NCBI GenBank assembly: GCA_951406725.2
Contig: OX597817.1
Location: 144,212,001 to 144,276,000 of the forward strand
From: Octopus vulgaris
Lineage: Eukaryota
Length of the DNA stretch: 64,000 nt
Direction: 5' to 3'
Made by a program: the position numbers and the translations under genes. Shown one piece after another: positions 27,153 through 40,447 of this stretch. Each line of letters starts with the position of its first letter. Position 1 is the stretch's first letter. Under the pieces are notes generated by a model that was given only the letters and a program-made list of their open reading frames with translations, did not search any database and was not told where the DNA came from.

Positions 27153-27535
27153 ATGACGTAGAAAAAGCAATTACGAAATGATGGAAGGAGAGAGAGGGAT
27201 GAGGAGAGGGGAGAGATGGAGAGAAGGTGAAAGGGGAGAGGGAAACGGAAGAGATAAAAAAAAGGTGGCGACCGCTTTTATCGCCTACAGGCAATTTGTC
27301 CCTCTTCCGCCCAAGATCTGTTGTCGCTGCCAAGCAAAACATATTTGCTTCTCTAGAAATTCTTCTCTCTCTTCACTTTCTTGTGTCTACTTTTGTGTTG
27401 TTACTTACGTTCTCTCTCTCTCTACCGAAGTCTGATTCTGTCTGTCTGTTGCCTGCCTATCTGTCTTTTCTATCTGTCTGTCGCTCTGTGTTCTTCCTTC
27501 TCGTTGTCCATAACCATACATGTATGTATGCATAG

Positions 27536-27585
<50 letters not shown>

Positions 27586-27834
27586 ATGCATGAATGTATG
27601 TACGTGTGTATGTATGTATGTAGGTAGGTACGTATGCATGTATGTGTGTGTGTATACATGTATGTATGTATGCATGTGTGTTTGTGCATGTATATATATG
27701 TATGTACATTTGGTATGTCTCTATGTGTGTGTGTAGTTATACATATACACACATATGCATACAAGCATGTGTGTGTATACACGCACCCCTCCACAACATG
27801 CGCACACACACACACACACATACACACACACAAG

Positions 27835-28105
27835 CAGCTCTCCGTCGGTTACGACGATGAGGGTCCCAGCTGATCCGATCAACGGAACAGTCTGCTCGTG
27901 AAATTAACATGCAAGTGGCTGAGCACTCCGCAGACACGTGTACCTTTAACGTAGTTCTCGGGGAGATTCAGCGTGGCCCTTTGAAATACAGGTACAACTC
28001 ATTTTTGCCAGCTGAGTGGACTGGAGCAACGTGAAATAAAGTGTCTTGCTGAAGGACACAACGCGGCGCCAGGAATTGAGCCGAATGTCCTAGCCACTAA
28101 GCCTC
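27835..28105 (-). mobile_element. SINE S4
   Basis: Homologous to 18555-18845. Confidence 0.8.
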
Positions 28106-28108
28106 CCA

Positions 28109-28163
<55 letters not shown>

Positions 28164-28907
28164 CATACACACACATACACACACACACACACACACAAAT
28201 ATGTACGTGTGTGTGTGTGTGTGTATCATTTGTTTCGATCATTCGATTGCACCCGTGCTGGGGGTACCACCTTACAAAGTTTAGTCGAATGAATCGATTC
28301 CAATACTATTTTTGGTCGACCCTGGTACTGGTGGGAGACAAATGCAGAAACAGGACTTTCATGCTTCTTCTTTCTTCTCTTTCTTCCTCTCCTTATTCCT
28401 TATAAGCATACATACATACATCTTGTCCTCTGTGTCCTCCTCTGTGTTGTCATTTCATTAATCTCATTTTCCCTACTTGTCTCCGATGAGACCCTGATGG
28501 TGGGAAACAAATACACGCGCGCGCGCGCACGCACACACATAAACTCACATGTATGTTATTCAGTTTTATTTCAAGATTTCTTGGCAATAGAGAAAGAACC
28601 GGTTTCTAACCTAGATCCAAGGCTCCTTCACTGGAATTTCAACATCAACAACAAGGTATTTTTTAATGTATGCACGTATAAGTGCAGATTTGTATGTTTT
28701 GCTTTATGTATGTATTCTCATGCGTATATATAATGATAAAACTTCGGGAAAGTTTTACAGATTTTTACAGTTCCGATGATGGATTGGATCTGTAGTCTTC
28801 GAATTTGCTTGTTTGTTTCTGGTTTTGAGAAACTTAATTTCTCAAGATGTATGCTTACATATATATATATATATATATTTATTTATTTATTAGTTTCAGC
28901 TCAGAGC

Positions 28908-28981
<74 letters not shown>

Positions 28982-29155
28982 TATCACTTACATATACATT
29001 TATAAATCTCATATACATATATTTATATATATATCATACACACACACATATATATATCATACACACGTATATATTAATAAAGAGATCAACAAATGTTAAG
29101 GTAAGACAAATATCTTAAGTTATATACTTTATTATTATTGGGAAAAAATTCAAAG

Positions 29156-29210
29156 TCTTACAGCTGTTTCTGGGATATCCTAGAGTATGGGATATTCCGT
29201 CATTAGAGAT
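29156..29210 (-). ncRNA. Minimal hammerhead motif, family D, one core mutation
   Basis: Minus: TCT-CTAATGA-C-GGAATATCC(CATACTCTA)GGATATCCC-A-GAAA-CAGCTGT-A-AGA; palindromic ACAGCTGT stem III. Confidence 0.6.
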
Positions 29211-29349
29211 AAATAGGAAAAATGAGAAGGGTATAGATTAATGAAATGACAACATAGGACAGGAGTAAAGGAATAAGATGAAGAAAGAGAAGAAAAAAGA
29301 AGCATAAAAGTTCACAGTTCAACTTTCCGATCATGTAGAAGTATATGCA

Positions 29350-29626
29350 CCATCAGATTACTATTTATTTCGAAGTTTGCAAAATTCTTTGAATGGTAAA
29401 ACTTTCAATAATGATGATGACCGGAAATTGCACTTGCTTCTGTTTTTAGCTGGTAAGGACGAGAAGTTCTATTAACGCAGCATCATGAAGTTGCCATAAA
29501 GATGGCAAAAGGTCGCCGAACCAAGGGAAAAAATATATAATTGATTAAAGTTCATTTTTTGTATGAAAAAAAAATGACTTTTATTTCAAACTAAAACACC
29601 GAAATTATTTTCTTGCCAATCCAATA
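29350..29626 (+). mobile_element. Mariner transposon 3' fragment with TIR
   Basis: APSDYYLFRSLQNSLNGKTF...KLP*RWQKV, then TIR-like TTGCCAATCCAATA. Confidence 0.85.
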
Positions 29627-30064
29627 TTTCATGTGCTCAGAGTTACTAGCTTCTGATTATCAGCTGGTAATCCGAGCCTATTTTTTTTTTTTTAATTATT
29701 CACTTATTAGCTTAATCCGTTAAGTCGGGCTTTACGGCATAATAACTTACTCAAGTAAGGAATTGTTATTTACCGAGAAGCAACCAGGTGTCGGTCGTTT
29801 GTCTGGTATTTATTGGCGGCATTTGTCTGGCTTTTTTTTTTCCGTTAGAAGAGTTTCCATAGCTGCAGACGTAGGTGTGGGGTAAGAAGTTTGCTTCTGA
29901 ACCACATGGTTCCGGGTTCAGTCCCATTGTGTGAGAATATAATTTGAGCTTTTTAAGGCGATTCCAATTGTAAAGGCCTGTCATGTCATTCCATTTTTTT
30001 GTTGTTGTTGTTATCGATCTCTGTACAGTAACCATAATTGGAGGCAATAGTCAAGGTGAGACCT

Positions 30065-30675
30065 GCTAAATATAGAGAAGAATAAAGGTATCGAGATCTC
30101 TAGACTGGAAAGTTGTAAGACCTATGAAGCACTTTTTGTGGGTCAGATCGACTTCATTGTTGATGTGTGCGCTCCATTTTAGATTGTTGTCCACAATTAC
30201 ACCTAAACTTCCGGTAATATTTGACGCTACGGGGAGTCCACCAGGGGCAACAGAATATGAGTGCTTAAGTATTTTTTTCATTTACTTCTTTTACTAGTTT
30301 CAGCTCGGGAGCTGCGGCCATGCTGGGGCACCTCACTTTTCTAAAATAGATGAGCTCGAATTTTTAACTCGTTTGGTAACATATTTTTTCTCGTCGAATC
30401 ACAGCATCAACATCAGATTGGAGTTCTGTTCGGCCACAAATGCCCTTCATCAGCTTCTGGAGGATAGAGTCATCTCTAAAAGTCTTTTAAAATTTTATTT
30501 TAGCATGTTTGGTGGCATTTCCATTGCCGTTCGTGTAAATACTAAACTTGTGGATCCAAACACAGTACCCTGGGGGATACCACCAATGCTTTTTGCTGGT
30601 ATCAAAATAAATGTTATCGATTACATCATGTTGGGTTCTGTTTGCCACAACACATTTAATCCACTCTAGTAGCAA
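30065..30675 (-). mobile_element. Old CR1-type LINE RT fragment
   Basis: LLEWIK..NRTQ, GIPQGTVFG and SLGVIVDNNLKWSAHIN motifs, with frameshifts. Confidence 0.7.
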
Positions 30676-30893
30676 TCCTATATGTGTGTATGTGTGTGTG
30701 TGCATGCGCGCACGTGTACGTGTGTGTGAATGTGTGTGTATGTATATATAAATATATATTGTATACATACATATATACATACATATATATACACATATAT
30801 ATGTATATATATACATATATATACATACATGCATATATATATACACATATGTACATATATATACATACATGCATACTTACATTTATACGTATG

Positions 30894-30925
<32 letters not shown>

Positions 30926-30933
30926 CATACATA

Positions 30934-31027
<94 letters not shown>

Positions 31028-31169
31028 TGCGTGTGCACGTATGTGTGCGTTTGTGTGTAGGTGTATGTGTATGTTTACCGGTATAAAGCGTGTGAGGGGT
31101 ATTAACGGACAATTATGGGTATATTACTGTTTTCGAAACAAATAAAATGTTTCTATTTCTTTCAGATCC

Positions 31170-32200
31170 CGCTTGAAAGATAAGAATGCTCACACAAGAA
31201 ATGAAGTCATTGCTACCATATGTGCGGGTCACAATGATTTGGTGATTGTCAATTTTCTAATTGTTACCAGAACTTTTGTACACAAAGTTCGAATGGAAAT
31301 GAATACTTGTAGTGGGAATGTCTCAGCTGTAACAAAGAGAAGACAAAATAAAACTTGGACACCACAATTCATCCAGCGAGTTGAAGAATAATCGATAATG
31401 ATCCCAGAAATCAATGGGGGTCATTGCCAAAAATCTTTAGATGTCGGAATGGACTATCAGAACTGTGGTGCTCGAGGTCGTTCGATACAACTTGTGTATA
31501 ATGGAGAGGAGTAAATTCATGCAACAAAGATATAAGGAAACCGTTTGGTGCGTGGCAGGAGCTTATTTAACAAGGTTAAAATCTCTCACGAACATTGCCT
31601 GCTTTGGTTCTTCTCTCATGACAAAGATCAAAAGTCTAAGAGAAGAAATGACAGGTGGTTATGTGCAGATGCTTTTGCTGTCCCTAGAGTGATGCAAACT
31701 AAGTTTTTAGCAACTATGATGGTTTTAGGAGTGGTGAGAAATGAAGGCAATGTCATACCTATTTCTTTACTGCCCACAAGGGGCTAAACACAGAGAGGAC
31801 AAACAAGGACAGACAAAGGGATTAAGTCGATTATATCAGCCCCAGTGCGTGACTGGTACTTAATTTACCGACCCCGAAAGGATGAAAGGTAAAGTCTACC
31901 TCGGCGGAATTTGAACTCAGAACGTTACGGCAGACGAAATACGGTTACGCATTTCGCCCGGCGTGCTAACGATTCTGCCAGCTCGCCGTCTTAATGAAGG
32001 CAATGTCATACCACCTCACATCTTTCCAAGGAGTTTAAGAGTTAATGTTGCTGGGTATGTTGAAGTGCAGGAGAGAGATGTTAAGTCTTGTTTGAATGAA
32101 GTACGCAGTGAGATGCCATATATGTTTCAACACGGCTCAGCACATTATCATAAAGTCCACCTAACTCCAAAATGGATGTCACACGAGCTTTATAACCACG
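31170..32200 (+). mobile_element. Decayed Tc1/mariner-superfamily (maT/DD37D-like) transposase, interrupted by SINE S2
   Basis: LWFFSHDK..RRNDRWL..TKFLATMMVLGVVRNEGNVIPPHIF..LRVN..Y..PYMFQHGSAHYH. Confidence 0.8.
31760..31992 (-). mobile_element. SINE S2 with perfect 20-bp TSD
   Basis: TSD AATGAAGGCAATGTCATACC at 31740-31759 and 31993-32012. Confidence 0.92.
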
Positions 32201-33269
32201 TAACAGTTGAGTCCCGGGGTCGATGTAATTGACTAGTCCTTTCCCTCAAACTTGCTGGCATTGTGTCAACATTTGAAACCATTATTATTGTTGTTGCTGT
32301 TATGCCTTTCTCAAATCCAGATCTATTTATAATGCAACGTTCGTCTGTAAATTGGCACATCGCTTAGTTTATTGCATTTAAAAATACATAAGGTTGTTAA
32401 TTAACCTAGATAAACTCATAATCAAGTTCGTTTCAGAATATATCAACGATGGGATATACTATGGAGAATTGTTCATGACTTGTAATTGCTTGATAATAAA
32501 TATGGAGCTGTACGTCTATCGATTGATCTCTTGGCTATATTTGTTGCAACTGACCGTGTTATTCCATTTGATATCTGCTATAACGATATAACGAAGCAGG
32601 CGTTCGTTCAGCGAAATAGATGTTCGTTCGCTTTCTAACAATTATTATCTTCGTTCCCTCAAAATAGTTTTCAACAAGCATTAACCACACCTCGAGTTTA
32701 TCTCGTTGTCGTAGTTATTGCCTGACGGATAACTCGATAACTTTAGTGTATACAAAAATCTGTTTTAGGTTTACAACCGAGGGCGATAACCTTTATAATG
32801 ATTTAATTAGTTATAGAATGGCTATCTAAAGGTCTTCGACCAGGGATTAAATTATATGTTGAGAACAATGAAAGCTATTGTAATCAATACACGCTATTGT
32901 GGGAAGTCCACCTGATTGATATACAAAACTTCCCTGGTTCAAAATTACTCCAACCAATATTTCATATCATGCAGATGATCCAACAACAAAACAATTTAAG
33001 TGTGCTCTCTATACTGTCTGTTTTATTGTTTGTTTGATCATTAAGTTGAGTGACTTGCTCGAGCTTCCACTCTTAATCTCAGAACCTATTCAAGATAGAA
33101 AGTTCATATATTTTTTATTAATAATTATTAGGCAAAGCATACATTTTTTTTTGTTTTGAAATCTTTTTTATCTTGTTGCACGCTGCATTTTTTTTACATT
33201 TTAAGTTTGAAGATTGTCTTGTCATATCAATTATACACCTCAGTAATGTAAGAAGAAAGCGACACCATA

Positions 33270-34003
33270 ACAATTTTTTTCTACTGGAAGCACAAGGCCT
33301 CAAATTTGGAAGAAGGGATTAAGCCGATTACATCGACCCCAGTGCGTAACAGTGCGTAATCCACCACGAAAGGATGAAAGGCAAAGTCAACCTTGGCGGA
33401 ATACGCGATGCCATAATAATCTTTTCTACTCTAGGCATAAGGCACGAAATCTTTTGGGAAGGAGGCCAGTCGATTAGCTCGACCCCAGTACTCAACTGGT
33501 ACTTAATTTATCGACCCCGAAAGGATGAAAGGCGAAATCGACCTCGGCGGAATTCGAACTCAGAACGTAGCGGCAGACGAAATACCTATTTATTTACAAC
33601 CCACAAGGGCCTAAACACAGAGAGGACAAACAAGGACAGACACACGGATTAAGTCGATTATATCGACCCCCAGTGCGTAACTGGTACTTATTTAATCGAC
33701 CCCAAAAGGATGAAAGGCGAAATCGACCTCGGTGGAATTTGAACACAGAACGTAGCGGCAGACGAAATACCTATTTCTTTATTACCCACAAGGGGCTAAA
33801 CACAGAGGAGACAAACATGGACAGACATAGGTATTAAGTCGATTATATCGACCCCAGTGCTTAACTGGTACTTAATTTATCGACCCCGAAAGGATGAAAG
33901 TCAAAGTCGACCTCGGCGGAATTTGAACTCAGAACGTAACGGCAGCCGAAATACCGCTAAGCATTTCGCCCGACGTGCTAACGATTCTGCTAGCTCGTCG
34001 CCT
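33270..34003 (-). mobile_element. Multimeric array of SINE S2 units
   Basis: Units joined at GACGAAATACC|TATTT junctions near 33585 and 33770. Confidence 0.85.
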
Positions 34004-34044
34004 TGCGATATCATAATAATGCAAATTCACTGAAATATCACAGA

Positions 34045-34263
34045 TACATTATTTACATTATTCACATTCGGCAGATATTGTCTTCATCTTGTTTGTTGTT
34101 AACACAACGTTTTGGCTGAATATACCCTCCAGCCTTCATCAGATGTCTTGAGGAAATTTCGAACCTGGGTTCTCATTCCTAAGGTATATTTCGAAATTAC
34201 TATTATCATCATCATCATCATCACTATTATTATTATTATTATTATTATTATTATCATTATTAC

Positions 34264-34318
<55 letters not shown>

Positions 34319-34402
34319 GTTGTTGTTCAGGTCACTGCTTGGAATCGAACTCGGAATCTCGGGGTTAGTAGCCCGCGCTCTTAACCACTACGCCATATGC
34401 CC
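34045..34402 (-). mobile_element. tRNA-headed SINE carrying (AAC/AAT)n and the family-A hammerhead tail
   Basis: Minus: GGGCATA-TGGCGTAGTGG (A box)..GAGTTCGATTCC (B box)-AAGCAGTGACCTG-(AAC)(AAT)n-..GACAT-CTGATGA-A-GGCTGG..TCAGCC-AAAACGTTGTGTT. Confidence 0.8.
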
Positions 34403-34409
34403 GTGGGTT

Positions 34410-34425
34410 CAGTGACCTGAACACT

Positions 34426-34521
<96 letters not shown>

Positions 34522-34761
34522 AACAAAAACAACAACAACAACAACAATAACAACAATAATAATAATAACATCGAAAAATACCTAAGGAATGAGAACCCAG
34601 GTTCGAAATTTCCCCAAGACACCTGAAGAAGGCTGGAAGGTATATCAGCCGAAACTTTGTGTTAGCAACAAACAAGATGAGGACAAATACCCGTCAAATG
34701 TAAATAATGTAAATAATGTAAATAATGTACACAATTCCTCATCTCTTAAATGTAGAACTGA
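34410..34761 (+). mobile_element. Inverted, headless second copy of the same element (HHR 34618-34663)
   Basis: CAGTGACCTGAAC-(AAC)(CTA)n..GACAC-CTGAAGA-A-GGCTGG(AAGGTATA)TCAGCC-GAAACTTT-GTGTT..(AAATAATGT)n. Confidence 0.8.
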
Positions 34762-34901
34762 GTTCATCTGTGTGTTTATTCGTTGACTGCTCGATTAGAA
34801 TAGTGTAAAATATTTGCCGCACCCCAATTTCAGCAGTAAATTTTCAGGGAAAAGTGAGCATCAGGGGCAAAATTGATTATAGGAGGCCTGCAGTTGTCGT
34901 T

Positions 34902-34964
<63 letters not shown>

Positions 34965-35569
34965 GTCATTATCACCGTCATCCTCATCCTCCTCTTCCTC
35001 CTCCTCCTCCTCCTCATCATCATCATCGTCATCAATCTTTAGAATTCTGCATCCTTCCCCATACTTTGCTTAGTGTTTCTCTGATGCCTGAGGCGAAATT
35101 TCGAAATATGTACTTTTAAAAATCAATTGGGTTAAACACATAGCATTCAATATGTCCTTTATTTTTAAAAACAGTTTCGTGTGATTTCAGGAAGATTTGG
35201 CTGCTAATTCTTGCTGCTCAACGCCCGCATTAAGGATCTCTTGCAGGCTAGATTAAATCCAATTAAGGTCTAATTGTATTTCTGTTGCCAAAAGTAAGAA
35301 CCGATCAATCAAGCTAATCGGAAACACCGTAGTTAATTTCACAGGATCAAACAAACTGCGTAACGTTTTGCAGACGATAAATATAGCAGGCTTTCATGTC
35401 GTTTTATCAGGTTTGTCAACAAATGCAAGAATTGGCACCGATCAGTTGGCATAGGAACAAGGTCTATCTGAAGAATTTAAAACATTTATAACTTGATTGA
35501 TGAAAATTTGATTAGTCGACGCCACTTTGCTGTTATCAAATGCCCTCCTCTCTCTCTCTCACTCTCTCT

Positions 35570-35609
<40 letters not shown>

Positions 35610-35740
35610 ATATATATATATATATAGGCGTACCCATATATATATATATAATACGTACATATGTATGTATTTATGTGATCATACACGTGTATAAATGTAT
35701 ATATATATATATGTATATGCATATTTATATACATAGATAC

Positions 35741-35778
<38 letters not shown>

Positions 35779-35875
35779 ACATATATATATATATATAACC
35801 AGATGCCTATACATACATACATACATGTATGTATGTATGTATGTATGTATGTATGTATGTATGTATGTATGTATG

Positions 35876-35951
<76 letters not shown>

Positions 35952-36045
35952 CACACAGACACACATACATATAGATATATACATCAACTCACATATGCAT
36001 ACCGATACAAACATTTAAACATTTATATACACAAAAATATACGTG

Positions 36046-36092
<47 letters not shown>

Positions 36093-36636
36093 CATATGCA
36101 TATTTATGTGTGTGTTTATGTAGTTACTTCTGTGTATGCATTTATGGATGCATGCGTATATACACATACACACGTATGCACATACACGCACACGGGGAGA
36201 GACAGAGTTGGGAGAGAAAGAGAAAGAGAGAGAGAGAAAGAGAGAGTGAAAGAGTGAGATTAATGAAAACGTGTTAAAAACAGGTGAAGCTTTTCTGAGT
36301 ATGTGCGCATGTGCGGGCGCATGCGTCTGCCTGTTTGATTAGGCTGTGTTTACAGCTGTATTACCTTAACATTTTTCGTATCATATTTAAAAGACCACAT
36401 TGGTATAACGTTAAACACGAGATGGCAGGTGATATTGGTCACTCGTCTGCGGATATAGATTACGAATGCAAAATCTACCGCTTGTGCTTCGTTCTATTTC
36501 TGTGGGCAGATAACTCCATTTCCTTTTATCTCATTTGGACCATCAGCACATCATTTGTAATTGTTTAATCCTGTACATCAAGCATATACAGGTTCGCTTT
36601 ATCGCTGGTATATACCTTCCATTGTCAAGTTGGGTT

Positions 36637-36675
<39 letters not shown>

Positions 36676-36731
36676 ATACAGATATACATACATGCATACA
36701 CACACACACGCGCACATGCACACACACACAT

Positions 36732-37020
36732 GTAGGTGCAGGCGTGGCTGTGTGGTAAGAAGCTTGCTTCTCAACCATATGATTCCGAGTTAAGTCCCAC
36801 GGCGTGGCACCTTGAGCAAGAATCTTCTACTATTATTCCTCGGCCGATTAAAGCCTTGTGAATGGATTTGGAAGACGGAAACTAAAAGAATCCCGTACCA
36901 TATGCATGTATATATATATGTCCCTCACCACAGATTGACAACTGGTGTTGGTTCATTTACGTTCCAGTCGGGCTTTTGTATCCTGTCGCGTAAAGGGTGA
37001 AGGCGTTGGAATAAGCATCA
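36732..37020 (+). mobile_element. SINE S1, diverged
   Basis: GTAGGTGCAGGCGTGGCTGTGTGGTAAG..GGCACCTTGAGCAAG. Confidence 0.75.
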
Positions 37021-37399
37021 GGCACACACACACACACACACAGCACGGGCCCTCAGAAATATCCACTGGAAGACCACTGGGAGTGAGACGCCCATCAGCT
37101 TTTGTTAAGGCATTTCTCTAGGAGGTCCCTCTGACATAAAAGCAGATATGCAGGGAATAGCATTGAAGAATTTGGGGATCTTTTGTTTGCGCTTGAGATC
37201 ATGGCCTTCCCACATTCCTAAGCTTGCGACCCATATTGGCACAGGATATCTTGCTGTGGTTTGTCTTTGGATCATGTCTATATGGTATAGGGGATCTACA
37301 AGGTGCTGTGTAATCCTTATTGGACCTAAAATTTTAGGTTGTCCCACCGCTGGCGAGGCGTTTATTCGATGCTTGACCGAGTACATATAAATAGATATG

Positions 37400-37560
37400 T
37401 TTTCCCTGCTGGCCTTACTTTCTCCGTTGAAATGGTTTTGTAATGATCCAAACAAATGGAAATCGGATGAAATCAGGTCTGCTCCTAGCGTCATTTCAAC
37501 GTTCGATTCGGAAAGACGTCTTGAAATTCCACCTTCTGGAAGTTCTTTTTTATTTACTGT
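37400..37560 (-). mobile_element. Mariner transposase remnant
   Basis: ADLISSDFHLFGSLQNHFNG resembles SPDLAPSDFHLFRSLQN. Confidence 0.55.
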
Positions 37561-37599
37561 CAACAGATATCGGACAGGTACTCTTCTTGTGTCCAGGGC

Positions 37600-38010
37600 T
37601 TGGTTGTGTTGCATACAATCAGTCGGGCTCTTGCATCCAGTCCATTATTTGATGTCATTATTCCACCGTCTTTGCCGGCTTCTTGCTCTCTTCTTCTTCT
37701 TCTTCTTCTTCTTCTTCTTCTTCTTCTTCTTCTTCTTCTTCTTCTTCTTCTTCTTCTTCTTCTTCTTCTTCTTCTTCTTCTTCTTTCCCGCTTGGATGAT
37801 CTTGAACAATGACTCCTGGTGCCCTCTATGTCCAAAATATAATGTCTTCGTGGACGTGATTCTGGACAATAGGTGTCTTAGGACTTTCGGATTTTCTAGT
37901 CCTGCAGCATTCGTAAACTTGTCTTTCCAGCTCGTTCGGACGGATTTGTGAGGGATCCACACCTGTATCTTGACGATAAACCTTGACACCATTTGTAGCT
38001 GCTCTTATAG
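37600..38010 (-). mobile_element. RTE-clade LINE 3' coding fragment with internal (AAG)n
   Basis: SWKDKFTN..LYFGH..SLFKIIQAGK(K)nRARSRQRRWNNDIK. Confidence 0.65.
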
Positions 38011-38156
38011 CATTAGACTCTCGATAATATTTGTGTAAACAAGAAGAAAAACAGCTCTCAATATATAGAGAGTACACACTTTAAGGGAAACTGAATTTTC
38101 AACTTGACACGAGAAATTTCTCATTGCCGATCATAGAACAATATACATACATATGT

Positions 38157-38228
<72 letters not shown>

Positions 38229-38483
38229 TCACACACACATACGCACATAAATAAATACATACAAGCGCACACCCGCATATTTTTGGTCTTGAGCCTAAGT
38301 AAGAATAAATCACTACCACCCTTAAGCTACTCTACTACTACTACTACTACTACTGCTGCTGCTGCTGATGCTACTACTACTATTACTACCACTACTGCTG
38401 CTGCTACTACTACTACTATGCTGCTGCTGCTACTACTACTACTGCCACTACTACTGTTACTACCACTGCTGCTGCTGCTACTG

Positions 38484-38535
<52 letters not shown>

Positions 38536-38540
38536 GACTG

Positions 38541-38602
<62 letters not shown>

Positions 38603-38681
38603 TCTTATTATTATTCAACACGTGGTAGTTACAGGCAAATTTCTACTGTATTACCACCGCCGTGTTGCTGGTGTGTGTACC

Positions 38682-38730
<49 letters not shown>

Positions 38731-39039
38731 GATTATCATCATTATCAACATCATCATCATCATCATCATTATTATTATTATTGTTATCATCATCATCATC
38801 ATTATTATTATCTTCTTTCAGTTTTGTTTCTATTTCTTGTCGGGTGACTTCCCAAAGAAACTCCCTGTATATATTGGTAGGCCATCAAAATAAACACACC
38901 AAATTGTCAATTTATGAAGTCACGCGATAGAAAAAAAAAACGAGAAGAAAAACAGAGAAAAGATGGGAAAAAATGAGAAAAGAAAACAAAGAAAAAAGCT
39001 GGGGAAAGGAAAGAAAATTCACAACGATAATGATCTTCT

Positions 39040-39778
39040 TAATAAGTGTGACGTACCAGTTACGACAATGTTGTGCACTTCCTGCATGGATAGTAAACCA
39101 GAGATCATTCTCAAATAATTTGCAGTTCCTTATTGATCATTCCAAGTGCTCCTACCGTCTTGAGATGCCACATTTTTTTGATTTCAATGAGCAAATCTTT
39201 ATATTTTCTGAGCTTATCGAATTCTTTTGTTGAGATATTATGATCACAAGGTATGCTCATGTTAATCAATAAACATACTTTATTGTTTTGGTTTTTCACA
39301 TTAATATCTGGTTTATTACCTTTGATGGTCCGGTCTGTATGTTATGGAAAGTCCCAAAGAATCGTTACATTTTCTCCTTCAGTTACAGCCTCAGTGTGGT
39401 GCTTGTACCATTTGTCAGCAGTTTTGCTTTCATAATGCCAACACCTTATCCAATGTAGGTATTAGCCAAATCTGTCATGTCTTGATTCAAACTCTATCGG
39501 TGCTAAAACCTTACATTCTAAGATTAGGTGGTCCATTATTTCAATCTTATATTCTTTACTCTTTTTACTCTTTTACTAGTTTCAGTCATTTAACTGCGGC
39601 CATGCTGGAGCACCGCCTTTAATCGAGCAACTCGACCCCGGGACTTATTCTTTTGTAAGCCCAGTACTTATTCTATCGGTCTCTTTTGCCGAACCGCTAA
39701 GTAACGAGGACATAAACACACCAGCATCGGTTGTCAAGCAATGCTAGGGGGACAAATACAGACATACAAACACACACA

Positions 39779-39832
<54 letters not shown>

Positions 39833-40290
39833 TACAATGGGCTTCTTTCATTCTTTCAGTTTCTGTCTACCAAATCCACTCACAAGGCTTTGGTCGGCCC
39901 GAGGCTATAGTAGAAGACACTTGCCCAAGGTGCCACGCAGTGGGACTGAACCCGAAACCATGTGGTTGGTAAACAAGCTACTTACCACACAGCCACTCCT
40001 GCGCCTATATCATTGCAGTATTCGACACTTTGGGTCTACTCCATTTTTCATTACATTGACTTGGTAGTTCCGGGACAATAAGCTCTGACTTTGACCATCT
40101 AAGATAAAGGTTTCGCTCTCTGTCTCTAGCATTGAGCTCCGTAGCTACTGATGGGTGTGCTTCTGGTCTACATCAGCTTGTTTTCTACGGGCCAAATATT
40201 TGCTATGCAAAGGTTTTTGTTCCCATCTATCAGCCAATTGTTTAAACGCACCTTCATTGTAACAACAGATGCTGCACTTCCATCTGCTTT
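39040..40290 (-). mobile_element. R4/Dong-type REL LINE 3' fragment, interrupted by SINE S1
   Basis: WEQKPLHSKY..VDQKHTHQ; CLLINMSIPCDHNISTKEFDKLRKYKDLLIEIKKMWHLK..VGALG. Confidence 0.8.
39577..40007 (-). mobile_element. SINE S1, full length
   Basis: Head TAGGCGCAGGAGTGGCTGTGTGGTAAG, CORE, (TA)n and A-rich tail. Confidence 0.9.
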
Positions 40291-40370
40291 TCAATCTGGA
40301 TATTATGCATGAACTTACTAGTAAATTTTTTATCTCCTTCATGACAGGTTGAAGCTTATTATTATTATTA

Positions 40371-40447
<77 letters not shown>

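Noticed and set aside
28590-28640. Hammerhead-like motif (minus ..GAAACCGGT), plus weaker ones near 28480 and 28775
   Set aside because: Core has several mismatches; possibly PLE-terminal remnants but not supportable.
34340-34402. Genuine tRNA gene (also heads at ~14780-14845, ~17625-17690, ~55985-56055)
   Set aside because: A and B boxes are present, but no complete cloverleaf or acceptor stem could be built and SINE bodies follow.
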